Source: a virus. From it: 64,000 nt of DNA. Position numbers and translations under genes: made by a program. The notes beneath the pieces are model-generated. The model was given only the letters and a program-made list of their open reading frames with translations, was not told the DNA's origin and ran no database searches. Below are positions 20,009 to 30,516 of the stretch, piece after piece. The DNA lies in IMG/VR virus record IMGVR_UViG_3300042261_002391, positions 24,469 to 88,468 of that record. One strand, written 5' to 3'. Each line of letters starts with the position of its first letter. Within the stretch, counting starts at the first letter, position 1.

Positions 20009-20542
20009 TTAATTAACTAATTTTAATTTATCAATTCCTGATTTATTCCATATGCAACCAGAAGGTATATCCCAGAAATATAACCATGAATAATAATTAT
20101 CGAGAGCGTTATTCATAGCATATTTATTAAATAGCTCTATATAATTAACTATTTCAATACCAGCATAATCTTGTGTAACTTTAATCCAATCAATACCAGG
20201 ACTTATTGGCTTAATTTTTCTTGATGTATCGAATCCTTGATGATATTTTTTAGTAAATTCAATAAAATCTTCATTATTTTTAATTGAAAATACTTTATTA
20301 TTTGGGAAAACTTCATAGATATATTTTGCATCATTTGGTCTATGTCTTTGCGTAATATTAATCCATTTAGTCCCAATTGCATACCAAAACCCTGATGGTT
20401 TCATAGTACGTTCATAAGTAATTATTTGTGATTTATCAAATACAGAATCAATTTTATTTGGTGATGTATGATATCTACCATCAGGGTTTAACTCTGAATT
20501 AAAATTATCTATTTCTTCTTTTATATATTTCATTAGTTTCAT
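20009..20542 (-). CDS. hypothetical protein (KPSGFWY motif), N-terminal IKEEI motif
   Basis: 177-aa ORF with late-type promoter. Confidence 0.7.
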   Translation of the reverse strand: MKLMKYIKEEIDNFNSELNPDGRYHTSPNKIDSVFDKSQIITYERTMKPSGFWYAIGTKWINITQRHRPNDAKYIYEVFPNNKVFSIKNNEDFIEFTKKYHQGFDTSRKIKPISPGIDWIKVTQDYAGIEIVNYIELFNKYAMNNALDNYYSWLYFWDIPSGCIWNKSGIDKLKLVN

Positions 20543-20623
20543 AACTTAATTTAATTTTAGATACAATTAACGTGTTTTTCACATAAATACAATAATAATA
20601 AAAAAAGCCAGTTTTCACTGGCT

Positions 20624-21253
20624 TTATATTTCAACTACGATAGGCTCGTATATTGGTACGTAATTATCGTTGAGCAATGCTGCATTAATAAATTTAATAC
20701 CATCAATTTCACAAATCCCATGACTTTCATGTAAATGACCAAAACAATGAATCTTAGGTTTTACTCTTTCAAGTACTTCAGTACGTAAAGATTCACTACC
20801 TTCATTACTTTTCTTATGCGGTATGTAGTCAAGAATTTGATGTGGTGGAGTATGTGTTATTAACACATCAGTCTTATCAGGAATCATTTCCCAATATTGT
20901 TTTAGTATCTCTTCAGGACGATTAAATGCCCAATCATAAAAGGGTTTAGATACTGGTGTTCCATAGAAATACAAACCATCAAGTTCAATACCATCATCTT
21001 CCAAATAAAATACATTACTCGGCACTAAACTTTTTGCTAAATGTGGATTGGTTTCAAATAGAAAATCATGATTTCCGGCAATACAAATTCGATATTTATA
21101 TTGATTCAAGCTAGAAAACCATTTAAAAAAATTAGTCAATTCATGGACACGACCGAGCGGTGTCATATCACCACAATGGATAATTGCATCAGCTTGTGGA
21201 AGCACGAATTTTTTATGTAAATTATGAGTATCAGATATTATACAGATTTTCAT
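20624..21253 (-). CDS. calcineurin-like metallophosphoesterase
   Basis: ISDTH, HCGD, AGNHD, ITHTPP, FGHLHE. Confidence 0.95.
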   Translation of the reverse strand: MKICIISDTHNLHKKFVLPQADAIIHCGDMTPLGRVHELTNFFKWFSSLNQYKYRICIAGNHDFLFETNPHLAKSLVPSNVFYLEDDGIELDGLYFYGTPVSKPFYDWAFNRPEEILKQYWEMIPDKTDVLITHTPPHQILDYIPHKKSNEGSESLRTEVLERVKPKIHCFGHLHESHGICEIDGIKFINAALLNDNYVPIYEPIVVEI

Positions 21254-21561
21254 TTAGTGTTTTTATTAAATTTTTTTAACTCAAGCAACAAGACATCGAT
21301 ACTAATTTCAATGTCACTAAAAACTCTTGAATTAAACAAGTATTCTATTTTATCTTCACAATAGTAATTTAATTCAAAATTATAAAAAGTATTTCCGACG
21401 CTATACCAAATTGAATTAATATATATGTCATATGTATTTCCTTTGCTTATTATTTTTTCTGGTAAACCATCAAATTTTTCAATAATTTCACCACCAACAT
21501 TATTTTTAATTAAAAAAACCTTAAATGATTCTTTATTGTATTGAGTCGGATACACTCCCAT
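21250..21561 (-). CDS. hypothetical protein
   Basis: 103-aa ORF. Confidence 0.65.
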   Translation of the reverse strand: MGVYPTQYNKESFKVFLIKNNVGGEIIEKFDGLPEKIISKGNTYDIYINSIWYSVGNTFYNFELNYYCEDKIEYLFNSRVFSDIEISIDVLLLELKKFNKNTK

Positions 21562-21573
21562 ATAGAAATTAAG

Positions 21574-21876
21574 TTATTTACTTATTATTTTTTCATATAT
21601 GGCATCGATTCTTTTATTGCTATCATTGATTCTATTATCTATTTTATCCAAACGACTGTTCATTTCATTCTCTAAATCAATAATAGCGTTTTTATTCTCG
21701 ACACCGTTTTTTTCAATATCATTGATTTTATTGATTGCAATAACTTTAAATTCACCAATAATGAATGCAGCAATAATTGCAAATATTGCTATTCTCAAAA
21801 TCCATTTGATAATGATTTTTGTTTTACTTGGCTTAATTACAACATCTTCAACAATATCATCTAAGATATTACTCAT
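21574..21876 (-). CDS. single-TM coiled-coil membrane protein
   Basis: Hydrophobic WILRIAIFAIIAAFII followed by heptads. Confidence 0.65.
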   Translation of the reverse strand: MSNILDDIVEDVVIKPSKTKIIIKWILRIAIFAIIAAFIIGEFKVIAINKINDIEKNGVENKNAIIDLENEMNSRLDKIDNRINDSNKRIDAIYEKIISK

Positions 21877-21955
21877 ATATTTAAAATTATTTCACATATA
21901 AATACATCAATATGAGATAAGAACAGTATAATACGTGTTAAATAGTGTTGATTTT

Positions 21956-22852
21956 TTACGTTAATAATGGGATTTCTTTCAATGAATCTAAACGCATGTG
22001 ACCAACACCATATTTAGTATTCCAGCTATTTGTAAATAAATAAGTGAAAATCCCGGCATTATTTAGTTCAACAAAATTTTCGAATCTGTCATCAACAAAA
22101 ATTTCAATGCCTGCTTGTTTTGCTGCATCAACCTTACTTTCCATAATATCAAGACTATAGACTGGTTTTTTCGGATAATTATGTTTATCCAACCATTGTT
22201 CAGTAATTTCTTTCTTAACTGGTCTTGATGTTATGTAGCAATGAGGTTCGAATGGCAATTCTTCAGCCAAGACCAACGGTTTTAAATTAAGATAAAACTC
22301 ATCGAGTGTATTGGCATTACGCATAGCCTCAAATCTTTTGGTAATTTTTCTATCAAGAAAGAACGAATTTGGCGTTGAGCTAATTTCAGGATACAATTCA
22401 TGCCATCCACCAGTAAAATCAGCTAATACACCATCAATGTCCAATCCGATTTTAGGCATTTTCAAAAATCTTTTTGGTCTATCATCCCCTTGTGGAAATG
22501 TGTAATAAAAGGCATTTAAAAAATGTACGTTGCATGCTGCATGTGCAATGTGTAAGCAACCTGTTTCCGGGTCATAATCTTCGCCAGCTTCCATCGCAGC
22601 CACATGTCGTTTTAATGAAGCAATTACTGAAGTCCAACTAAAACCATTTTCCCAATTCCGGTCATAATATTTGTTTGCCCCAATTGTTAGTACTTCAACA
22701 AAATCACGAAAAGCACGAGGTTCTACCAAGTCATATCTTAATTTACCTTGATTGAATCTAAGTCCACCGCCTTTGCTGGTGACAGCATTAATATCTTTAC
22801 CATCAGCCAATAATTTTTCTTTAATATTTTCTTCCATTTTTTTATTATTCAA
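21956..22852 (-). CDS. dATP/dGTP diphosphohydrolase (DUF5664) fused to HAD 5'(3')-nucleotidase
   Basis: KLRYDLV...GANKY...NWENG...DPETGCLHIAHAACN then IGLDIDGV...ITSR...FVDD. Confidence 0.85.
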   Translation of the reverse strand: MNNKKMEENIKEKLLADGKDINAVTSKGGGLRFNQGKLRYDLVEPRAFRDFVEVLTIGANKYYDRNWENGFSWTSVIASLKRHVAAMEAGEDYDPETGCLHIAHAACNVHFLNAFYYTFPQGDDRPKRFLKMPKIGLDIDGVLADFTGGWHELYPEISSTPNSFFLDRKITKRFEAMRNANTLDEFYLNLKPLVLAEELPFEPHCYITSRPVKKEITEQWLDKHNYPKKPVYSLDIMESKVDAAKQAGIEIFVDDRFENFVELNNAGIFTYLFTNSWNTKYGVGHMRLDSLKEIPLLT

Positions 22853-23878
22853 ATATTTTTACGCCGAACAACTCTTGAAGTTCTCTTAATGGAGCTTCAT
22901 ATGTTTGAGTTTCTGTTTTAATATAGTCAGCAATTGAATATACTTCCAATTCAGTAATTTCCATCTGACAATCTTCAATAGTTTGTAATTTTTCAGGTCT
23001 TGATTTTTTACGAATACTTGTTACATAAGTAAAAATTGCACGTAAATGTCCCGGTGGTAGGTCTGGATGTGAGGCAATACGTAACGAACCATACGATTTA
23101 TCAGTATCGCTATTACGTAATACCCAACGTGCATCAACACGTAATTCACTAACAAAACCCCTGACTCTATCCCAATAGGTGTTGTTTAAATCAATATCTT
23201 CCATTTATTATTTTATTACCCTTTCAGGACAACCATGAATTTCCATTGCTCTAACGCCCAAAGCAGTTACTTTTCGTATTTCGGCAAGAGCTTCTTCATC
23301 ATTCAAATAATATACAGAATTTTTTGCTTTTTGTAAATGAAATTCCATATAGTTAATCCATTCAGCAATCGATTTTTCTTCATCTGGAATACCTATTGCT
23401 TCCCTTCGTGGTGTCCACGTTGCATCTTGATAGTCTCTTTCGCCATCAATACGCTTATATACTTCCTGTCTTTCCATTATTTTTTACGATTATTCTTACG
23501 TGATTGTTTCTGCATTTTGTTACGATTTTGACGTTTCTTTTTGTACGCAGCATCGAATTGATTAACAGTAACATTTCCCCGGTGAACAATTGGTTTGAAT
23601 TTAATTTTCGATTGTTTCAACTGTTCAATCAAAAATTCACGTTTCTGTTCTTCAGTGAGTTCTAATAGTTCTTCAGCATCAGGTACTAATTCAAATTCCG
23701 GTGAGGAAATAAAACCGTCAGCTAATTCGTTTTTTAATTCATCAACAACAGGAGCATTACTTAATACATCCTGCAAATCATCTTTTTCTCGCATATTGTA
23801 ATAATTTTTAATGTCATCTAAAGTTAACTCAATATCTGGATATACCACCTGTTCAATGTCTCGTTTACCTTTAGTCAT
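22845..23878 (-). CDS. three hypothetical proteins (22845-23204; 23208-23477 possibly MazG-like; 23477-23878)
   Basis: Overlapping, translationally coupled ORFs. Confidence 0.65.
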
Positions 23879-23955
23879 GTAATTTATTTTTGTGTAAAAA
23901 TATAAAATGTTTTTTTTATATACAAGAAAAAAGGGAGCATTGCCCCCTTTTTTAT

Positions 23956-24399
23956 TTACTTCTTGTAAAAATCACCCTTTTCGGCTTTATACACATCATA
24001 TGCATCGATTGCTATTTTACGTGCTGCTATATATTTTTTACGTGCTTCTTGAATTTTTTCTTCCTTAAGACTTATTTTTACTGATGGTGCTGGACTTTTA
24101 AAATCCTTATACACCTCACGTTGCAAGAAGTGAAAGAAACGATTAATTGTACGCAATGTTTGTTTATTAACACAACTATTGATATTATTCTTCAATTTCT
24201 TTCTTTGGTTGAGAGATAAGTTTGTAATCATTAATGATAAAATGTTTTCATTAATGTTGAAGTTATTCAATCTCCAATTTTCAATTGCAATTTTTTCATT
24301 GATTTTTTGTACTGCGGTGTTTACACCTTTTACTAACTCGTTTACGCTTCTGTGATTTAATACGTTATTTTCTTTTACTAAAGTTTCCATAATATACAT
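23956..24399 (-). CDS. basic hypothetical protein downstream of amber leader
   Basis: 147-aa ORF. Confidence 0.75.
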   Translation of the reverse strand: MYIMETLVKENNVLNHRSVNELVKGVNTAVQKINEKIAIENWRLNNFNINENILSLMITNLSLNQRKKLKNNINSCVNKQTLRTINRFFHFLQREVYKDFKSPAPSVKISLKEEKIQEARKKYIAARKIAIDAYDVYKAEKGDFYKK

Positions 24400-24501
24400 T
24401 TTTTATTTTTGATTATAATTTATTGAACAATAATAATATTCCAAATTCCGATATGGAATATTTGCGATTCTCAAATCACGAATCTGGTTATAATCAAACT
24501 A

Positions 24502-24537
24502 TTATGGAGGTCTGTTGATAATCTATGTGTCTTTCAT
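24502..24537 (-). CDS. putative amber-containing leader peptide MKDT(TAG)IINRPP(TAA)
   Basis: Read by hand; starts 5 nt after PTH2 stop; followed by an 11-bp inverted repeat that masks the next start region. Confidence 0.65.
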
Positions 24538-24541
24538 ACTT

Positions 24542-24880
24542 TTAATTTTTTAATGCTAAATCTAATGATTGAGTAATTTTACGCATCTCCGGAGTACCGT
24601 AGAAGCATACAGAGGTCATTTGGTTGTCGATGTCAGGTTCGTGGAACGAAATAACATCAGCACCATTAGAAACTAATTTTGAATAAAGTTTTTGGAGTTC
24701 ATCTTCATTATTAATTTCAAGTACGATAATGTAATTAGAAGCTTCATACCATCTATTAAACAATTTATTATTTTTTATCGAAAAATCAGCAATGGCATGA
24801 TTTGATTGTGCAATCATTAATCCATTACTTAAATCATTTCTAACAACAATAACTAATTTATCAATCTACTTATCTTTCAT
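24542..24880 (-). CDS. PTH2-family peptidyl-tRNA hydrolase with in-frame TAG at codon 5
   Basis: MKDK*IDKLVIVVRNDLSNGLMIAQSNHA... matches the PTH2 N-terminal signature (KxVIVVRxDL...G...AQ..HA); FHEPDIDNQMT later. Confidence 0.8.
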
Positions 24881-25783
24881 AACTAAACAATTTAATTTAT
24901 TAATAATATTTTCGTTATATTTTATTCTAATCATTCTTATTTTATTTTCAAAGCAATAGTTGTTTTTTATTAAGTCCCTTCTTTTAATGTTTAAAAATTC
25001 TGACTTCCCGCCAAATGCATCAATTGGCTTATAATGTTGAATTCCATCAAATTCAATGACAATATTTAAATCAGGTAAATAAAAATCAAATCTAAGATTA
25101 CCATTATCGATACAATTATCAAATGATTTTTCTCTTATATAGAGTATATTTTCATTGTTTAAAAATTCAGCAATAATAGATTCTCCTTTTGATTCATTAC
25201 ATATTGGACATCCAATTCCTCTCATGTGATGTACTGGTGCTTGTTGAAACATACCGTGATTAGGACATATTATTGTAACTTTGGTTTTATTGTTAATATA
25301 ATTAACCAATGAATAGTCATACTTTCTATTATGAATATTATTCGATGTTTCAATAAATTCTTCCTGAGATAATTTAAGTTTATTAGCCTTATATTCAATT
25401 GCGCATTTAGGACAGCCTGACTTTTTTAAAATGTGACTTTTAGGCGTTTGTTGAAATATACCGTGTTTTTTACACTGAATTTTTATTTTGGTATAATAAT
25501 TTACATAATCAACCAATGTATAATCATACGTATCGCCATGTATCTCGACACATTTAGCAATAATATCTAATGTGGTATGCCTATTTTTTTGCAAAATTTT
25601 AGTATACCCACATTTTTTACAACCTTGACCAGCTATATGATTTTTAGGCGTTTGAAAAAAATCGCCATGAATTGGACACGTGATAATTATTTTTGTAGTG
25701 TTATTAATATATTCGACTTTATTATAGTCATACTTATCACCATGTTTTTTTATTGCATTAAGTATAAATTTACTAGTATTCAT
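24866..25783 (-). mobile_element. free-standing homing endonuclease (three DUF723-like CPxHG/CxxC repeats + PD-(D/E)xK domain) inserted at the PTH2 gene
   Basis: KHGDKYDY...CPIHG repeats; LRFDFYLP...IEFDGIQH. Confidence 0.85.
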
Positions 25784-25885
25784 AATATCGTTTACTATAA
25801 ATACTAAGTATTTGTCTAAAAGATAACCAGCTTTTAAATCCTTTCTGGTAATCGTAACTAATTTAACCTAGTGTGTGTGTCTCAT
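25784..25885 (-). pseudogene. displaced 5' end of a PTH2 gene, MRHTH(TAG)VKLVTITRKDLKAGY
   Basis: Homologous to the PTH2 N-terminus at 24880 and in frame with the endonuclease. Confidence 0.7.
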
Positions 25886-25972
25886 AACTTTTAGAGTTTA
25901 ATTATAAATACTATTGAATTGCAAATGTAATGAATAATTTTTAATATACAAGCAATTTCAAATAAATTTTTG

Positions 25973-26046
25973 AGATTCTAGTGGGATTCGAACCCACGAT
26001 TTTCAAGTTTTAGAGACCTGTGCAATAACCACTCTGCCATAGAACC
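25973..26046 (-). tRNA. amber suppressor tRNA (CTA anticodon)
   Basis: GGTTCTA/TAGAATC acceptor, CAGGT-CTCTAAA-ACTTG anticodon arm, U73. Confidence 0.92.
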
Positions 26047-26055
26047 ATTTAATTA

Positions 26056-27019
26056 TTAATCAACTACGATTTCAAAATCGACATCTTTTTCACTTGAGCT
26101 GCAGTAAAATCTAAAGCTATAACCCTTATCTTTACAGGCAGCAATTAATCTGTGAGCAAATTCTTCACCACCACCATCATTTTCAGGCATTAATACCTCA
26201 ATATCGTCAATTATAATCGTCTTGAATGGCGGTTCTTTAATACTATCATCATATCTTGCAATGACGCATTTTTTAATAACTTCTTCTTTAACTGTAACAT
26301 CATTAAGAAGATTAAATTTATTTAAAACACTTCTCACGTTTTTATGAAATGTATTGCCATTACGAAAACTTACTGATGTTTCAGTGGGTAACACACCTAA
26401 TTTACCTTCTTTATTCAGAATTGAATTTGCAGTTCCCAATGCTTTCTCTAAACGAACTACATATTCAGCTATATTGTAGATTTTATTATTCCTATTAATC
26501 TTCATTGTCTTCAAATTTAAACATTTTTTTTCGTATTATCTCGTAGTTTTTAAAGCATAAGCACATTGTTTTAAACTCTTTGCCTTCTTTAGCTACTTGA
26601 TAAATATATTTTTCACCTTCTTTAATTGTTATCTGCAAACCATTATCAATTCCCCAATCTTTTCTTTCTTCCGGGGTACTATGACTCATTATATAAACAT
26701 AGCCATCACATAAACGTTCGAATTTAGATATTGGATATGTTCGTTTTAATAATTCAAAGTTTTGCATAGAACTACATTTATATACGAAACAGATTGAAAA
26801 AGGTTACAAAATATCTTTAATAATTTCATCAAACTCTTCTGCGGTCATACTTACTTCCATTCTAAGCTCAGAAATCTTTCTTATAGCAAACACTGCTTCG
26901 CCATAAGCATCTTCATAAATAACAAATAATTGATTGTCGTATTCGCCGGAAAATGGCTTCAACAAAGTCATTGCTGAATCTTCGTCGTAAATTGTAATTG
27001 CTTTTCTTTTATTTGACAT
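26056..27019 (-). CDS. three hypothetical proteins (26056-26514, 26495-26767, 26804-27019 starting MSNKRK)
   Basis: ORFs; the 26804 ORF-track start overlaps tRNAs and was trimmed. Confidence 0.6.
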
Positions 27020-27037
27020 GTTGAGTAAATTTTTTTG

Positions 27038-27123
27038 TAGCGGATACAGGATTCGAACCTGTGACTCCTTTTGGGAGTTCTGGCTTATGAGACCAGCGAG
27101 ATAGTCCACTTCTCTAATCCACA
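27038..27123 (-). tRNA. tRNA-Met(CAT), initiator-like, with long variable arm
   Basis: 1:72 mismatch, loop CTCATAA, extra arm ACTCC-CAAAA-GGAGT. Confidence 0.85.
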
Positions 27124-27128
27124 ATGTG

Positions 27129-27220
27129 CGGAAGGTGAGGGATTCGAACCCTCGGTGCGGAGGTTCTCTCCGCACGGTAGTTTAGCAAACTACTGATTTA
27201 AGCCACTCATCCAACCTTCC
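27129..27220 (-). tRNA. tRNA-Ser(GCT)
   Basis: Class II cloverleaf, loop TTGCTAA, G73. Confidence 0.95.
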
Positions 27221-28087
27221 TTAATTAATAACAATATCCTTATCTGAAAAAGCTTCGCATATTTCAGTATTTGGTTTAATCCATGCTTCACCACATTCAA
27301 GCAAATATCTTGGATATAAATGCTCTTTAGCAAATTTCCTAATATGCTCACAATCTTGAAGCGATAATAACAATACCTTTTCAAGCCGTTCTGCATTATT
27401 TGCAGCCAATGCTTCGCTAACTATACTCATACTTACTGAACATTAAAGTTTTTCAATATAAATGGATTTGGTTTACCTTTACATTCCGATAAATACCAAG
27501 GCAACAACTTTCTTCTCGCAAATGCACTAACAGCACTTCTAATATCACTCCAATCTGAACCGTTCATTGCATCAAGAATAAGCCTTTCCAAGATTTGAGA
27601 TGTTTCATATTGTACTTCAGATTTGCTTGCTTTAATTGTATTTTCAACTAATGTCTGTTCATAGGCTTCTTCAAGAGTATCGCCCGGATAATACCAATGT
27701 GGACATAAATGAGCTTCAATACCAAGTGTTTCGGCTTCATGCTCCCATTCAGGTTTTTCCCACCTATTTGTACGTTTATTTAAACACCAACCATTTTCGA
27801 TTAGATATTGTTCTCTTTCAAGATTTGTTTTCATATTATTCAACTTTTACGTGTTTCAATGAATCACATGGAACACAAGTTATCGATGAATATGAACCGC
27901 CTTGTGTGCTAACGCTATTAACAACAGCATAGCATAAGCCAGTCCGTTCATCTTTAAAATATGTCAAATTTTTCTTAACCTGTTTAATATCTGTTTCTTC
28001 ACTCATTTGACATGAGGCAACAAAAAATACCAATAATAACAATGCAATCTTTTTCATACCATTCTTTTTGCAATTATACGAAAACAA
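27221..28087 (-). CDS. three small proteins (27221-27430, 27433-27843, 27836-28087 lipoprotein-like VASC)
   Basis: ORFs downstream of ECF promoter at 28074-28102, so the last true start is likely MKKIALL. Confidence 0.6.
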
Positions 28088-28097
28088 TTTGAAATTG

Positions 28098-28793
28098 TTA
28101 CAACTTTTTCAATAAATTTTTATTTTCATTTCTTTTTTCTCTTCTTTTAGTTCTCCCGTTACCCTTATTTAATGCACCATATGTCGGTGTTAATGAATGG
28201 CAATTAGGACATAATAATTCTAAATTATTCAAGCTATTATTGTCAGAATTTCCATCTTTATGTTCTAATTGTATTGGTACTAATCCAGTAGTTTGATTAA
28301 TTTCATGCCATCCACACTTCATACATTTATCACCACATTTAAATATTAAATATTTTTTATATGTATCTGAGCTATATGTTGTGTTACCCGATTCGATATT
28401 ATTGAAAATTAAATTTTGTTTATATGTATTACTACATTCAACAGAACAAAATTTATTTTGATTACTGTTTAAATCATTTCCACAATTTAAACATTTTTTT
28501 AGCTTTACAAAATTGCTCACTCTTTTAGGATATTTTCTATTATTATATTTAGCACTACACGACCTACAACAAAATTTTCTACTATCATTAATCATTCCGA
28601 TAAATTCGCCACCACAATTTAAGCAAACAATCTTTTCACGTATATTAGATGTATTTTGTTTATATCCTAATTTATTTAATTTAACTTGAACGCTCCTAAA
28701 ACTACGATTTAATTCTTTAGCGATTCCTTCAAGTCTCATACCTGATTTATTCAAAAAAACAGCTTTTTCAATATCTTCTTTCGACCATTTCAT
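28098..28793 (-). mobile_element. HNH homing endonuclease
   Basis: CMKCG...LEHKDGN...N...LCPNCH; follows tRNA-Gly. Confidence 0.9.
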
Positions 28794-28851
28794 AATATAT
28801 AATTTATTATAAATACTATAAAATGCGAAAAAAGATTTTCGAAACTAATTG

Positions 28852-28925
28852 TGCGGGTAAAGGGAGTCGAACCCTCTCTATTTCTGCTTGGCAAGCAGAT
28901 GCACCACCAACTATGCGTCACCCGC
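28852..28925 (-). tRNA. tRNA-Gly(GCC)
   Basis: Cloverleaf, loop TTGCCAA. Confidence 0.9.
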
Positions 28926-28957
28926 AAATTAGCAGGAATTACTTCCTGCAATTTTTT

Positions 28958-29158
28958 TTAAGGCATGAGCCTAAATGTTAGCTTATTTCTAAGTTTTGGA
29001 TTGCCAACCCAATACACATATTCTTCAGCTTTTTCATAAGCATAGAATTGGGAAATAGCTTTAACATAGAACGTTAGAACTTCACCACTCGTAAGCGTGA
29101 ATTCTACCAACCAATATTTCATTGGTTGTTTTTCGATAACCTTTTTTGAATTCTTCAT
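28958..29158 (-). CDS. hypothetical protein
   Basis: 66-aa ORF. Confidence 0.55.
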   Translation of the reverse strand: MKNSKKVIEKQPMKYWLVEFTLTSGEVLTFYVKAISQFYAYEKAEEYVYWVGNPKLRNKLTFRLMP

Positions 29159-29227
29159 TCTTGCAATTTATCAGATAATCTGATAAACTACGAACTGTTA
29201 ACTTTTCTCATACTCATTATTACATTG

Positions 29228-29303
29228 AACGTCTGGAGGGATTCGAACCCTCATGTATCCAATTACACTTCTCTACGTTCGTAGCGTAGCGTGATACAGA
29301 CGC
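29228..29303 (-). tRNA. tRNA-Arg(ACG) with rearranged D-arm
   Basis: Good acceptor, anticodon and T arms; D-loop-like AATTGGATA lies 3' of the anticodon arm. Confidence 0.8.
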
Positions 29304-29307
29304 ATGT

Positions 29308-29898
29308 TTATTTTTTTCTGTTTTCGTATTTTAAGTATCTTTCTTTTCTTGCAGAATTTTTATTTTTAGATGTAAATGTATCCAATTGACTATTACAATT
29401 AGAACAAACTAATCGTAAATTTTCTCGTTTATTATTTGAAGCATCACCGTTAATATGGTCTAGCACAAATACTAAAGGTTTCCCATTCCAAAAATTTTCA
29501 ATACCACAAATCGCACATTTATTATCTTGTTCTTTTAATACGTGTTTTTTTACAAACACAGGCATATAATCGGCTCTACAATATTTTTCGTTATTTTTTA
29601 AAAAATCTTCGTATTTTATTTTTGCCTTATATTCAAACTCACATGTTTTATTACAATATTTCCCACAATAATAATCACATTCTTTACCACAATTAAGACA
29701 ATAAACAATCTTTTTTTTACCCTTATTTGCTGGAACAAAATTAATTGGGAATTTAGCTCTCCTTGGTAATGAAATTCCTAAACTATTACATATTTTTTTT
29801 ATATATGTATCGGAAACATTATACATTTTACCGATTTCACGATATGTTTTTTTTTCAACAAAAATTAAATTTTCTAATTCTTCTTTAATGTATTTCAT
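29308..29898 (-). mobile_element. HNH homing endonuclease
   Basis: CAICG...LDHINGD...NLRLVCSNCN. Confidence 0.9.
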
Positions 29899-29981
29899 AA
29901 TATTTTTTTATATAAATACTATGAATATTAAAATCGAACTAAAAAATCAAAAATAAATTTTATTGTTATTGGTTCGATTAG

Positions 29982-30053
29982 TAGGGATTAGAGGATTCGA
30001 ACCTTTACAATTTTGTTAGGAACAAAATATGCTATCCATTACATCAAACCCCC
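29982..30053 (-). tRNA. tRNA-Arg(CCT)
   Basis: Loop TTCCTAA; paralogue of the TCT gene. Confidence 0.9.
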
Positions 30054-30181
30054 ATTTAATTTTCATCTGTTTTAATTGGTATATAAATAACCTCACCGCA
30101 ACATAAACCATAGTCACTTCCATTAATTGGAGCTACTGGTTGATTACATTTAGGACAATATGCCATATGTTTTAAATTTAG

Positions 30182-30253
30182 TAGGAATTAGAGGATTCGA
30201 ACCTCTACGATTTCGTTAGAAGCGAAATATGCTATCCATTACATCAAATCCCC
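30182..30253 (-). tRNA. tRNA-Arg(TCT)
   Basis: Loop CTTCTAA. Confidence 0.93.
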
Positions 30254-30291
30254 GTTAGTGAACATTACCCTATTACCTATAGAGGCAAATA

Positions 30292-30516
30292 TTATTTCTT
30301 TCTAAAGAAAACTTTTAATGGGTTTAATTTAGCAAAGATAAAGTAGAGTATAAAGAAAAATAGAGACAATAGGTAGAAAATAGAAATTGAAAACCAATAA
30401 CTTCCCGTTGTGTCTATTAACCACTTCAGAATAGCGTCGTAACCCATAGGATTGAAAAATGTTCCTAAAAAGAGGAACAGAGTCGCTAGTTTCTCCCTGT
30501 TTATTACCTTCATCAC
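30292..30516 (-). CDS. small membrane protein
   Basis: Two hydrophobic segments. Confidence 0.65.
   Translation of the reverse strand: MMKVINREKLATLFLFLGTFFNPMGYDAILKWLIDTTGSYWFSISIFYLLSLFFFILYFIFAKLNPLKVFFRKK

Noticed and set aside
26804-27396. ORF-track calls overlapping tRNAs (26804-27175 5' part, 27190-27396, also 14679-14954, 30329-30586, 58592-58798, 62737-63015)
   Set aside because: They are translations of tRNA sequence or its antisense; starts were trimmed where a real gene exists.
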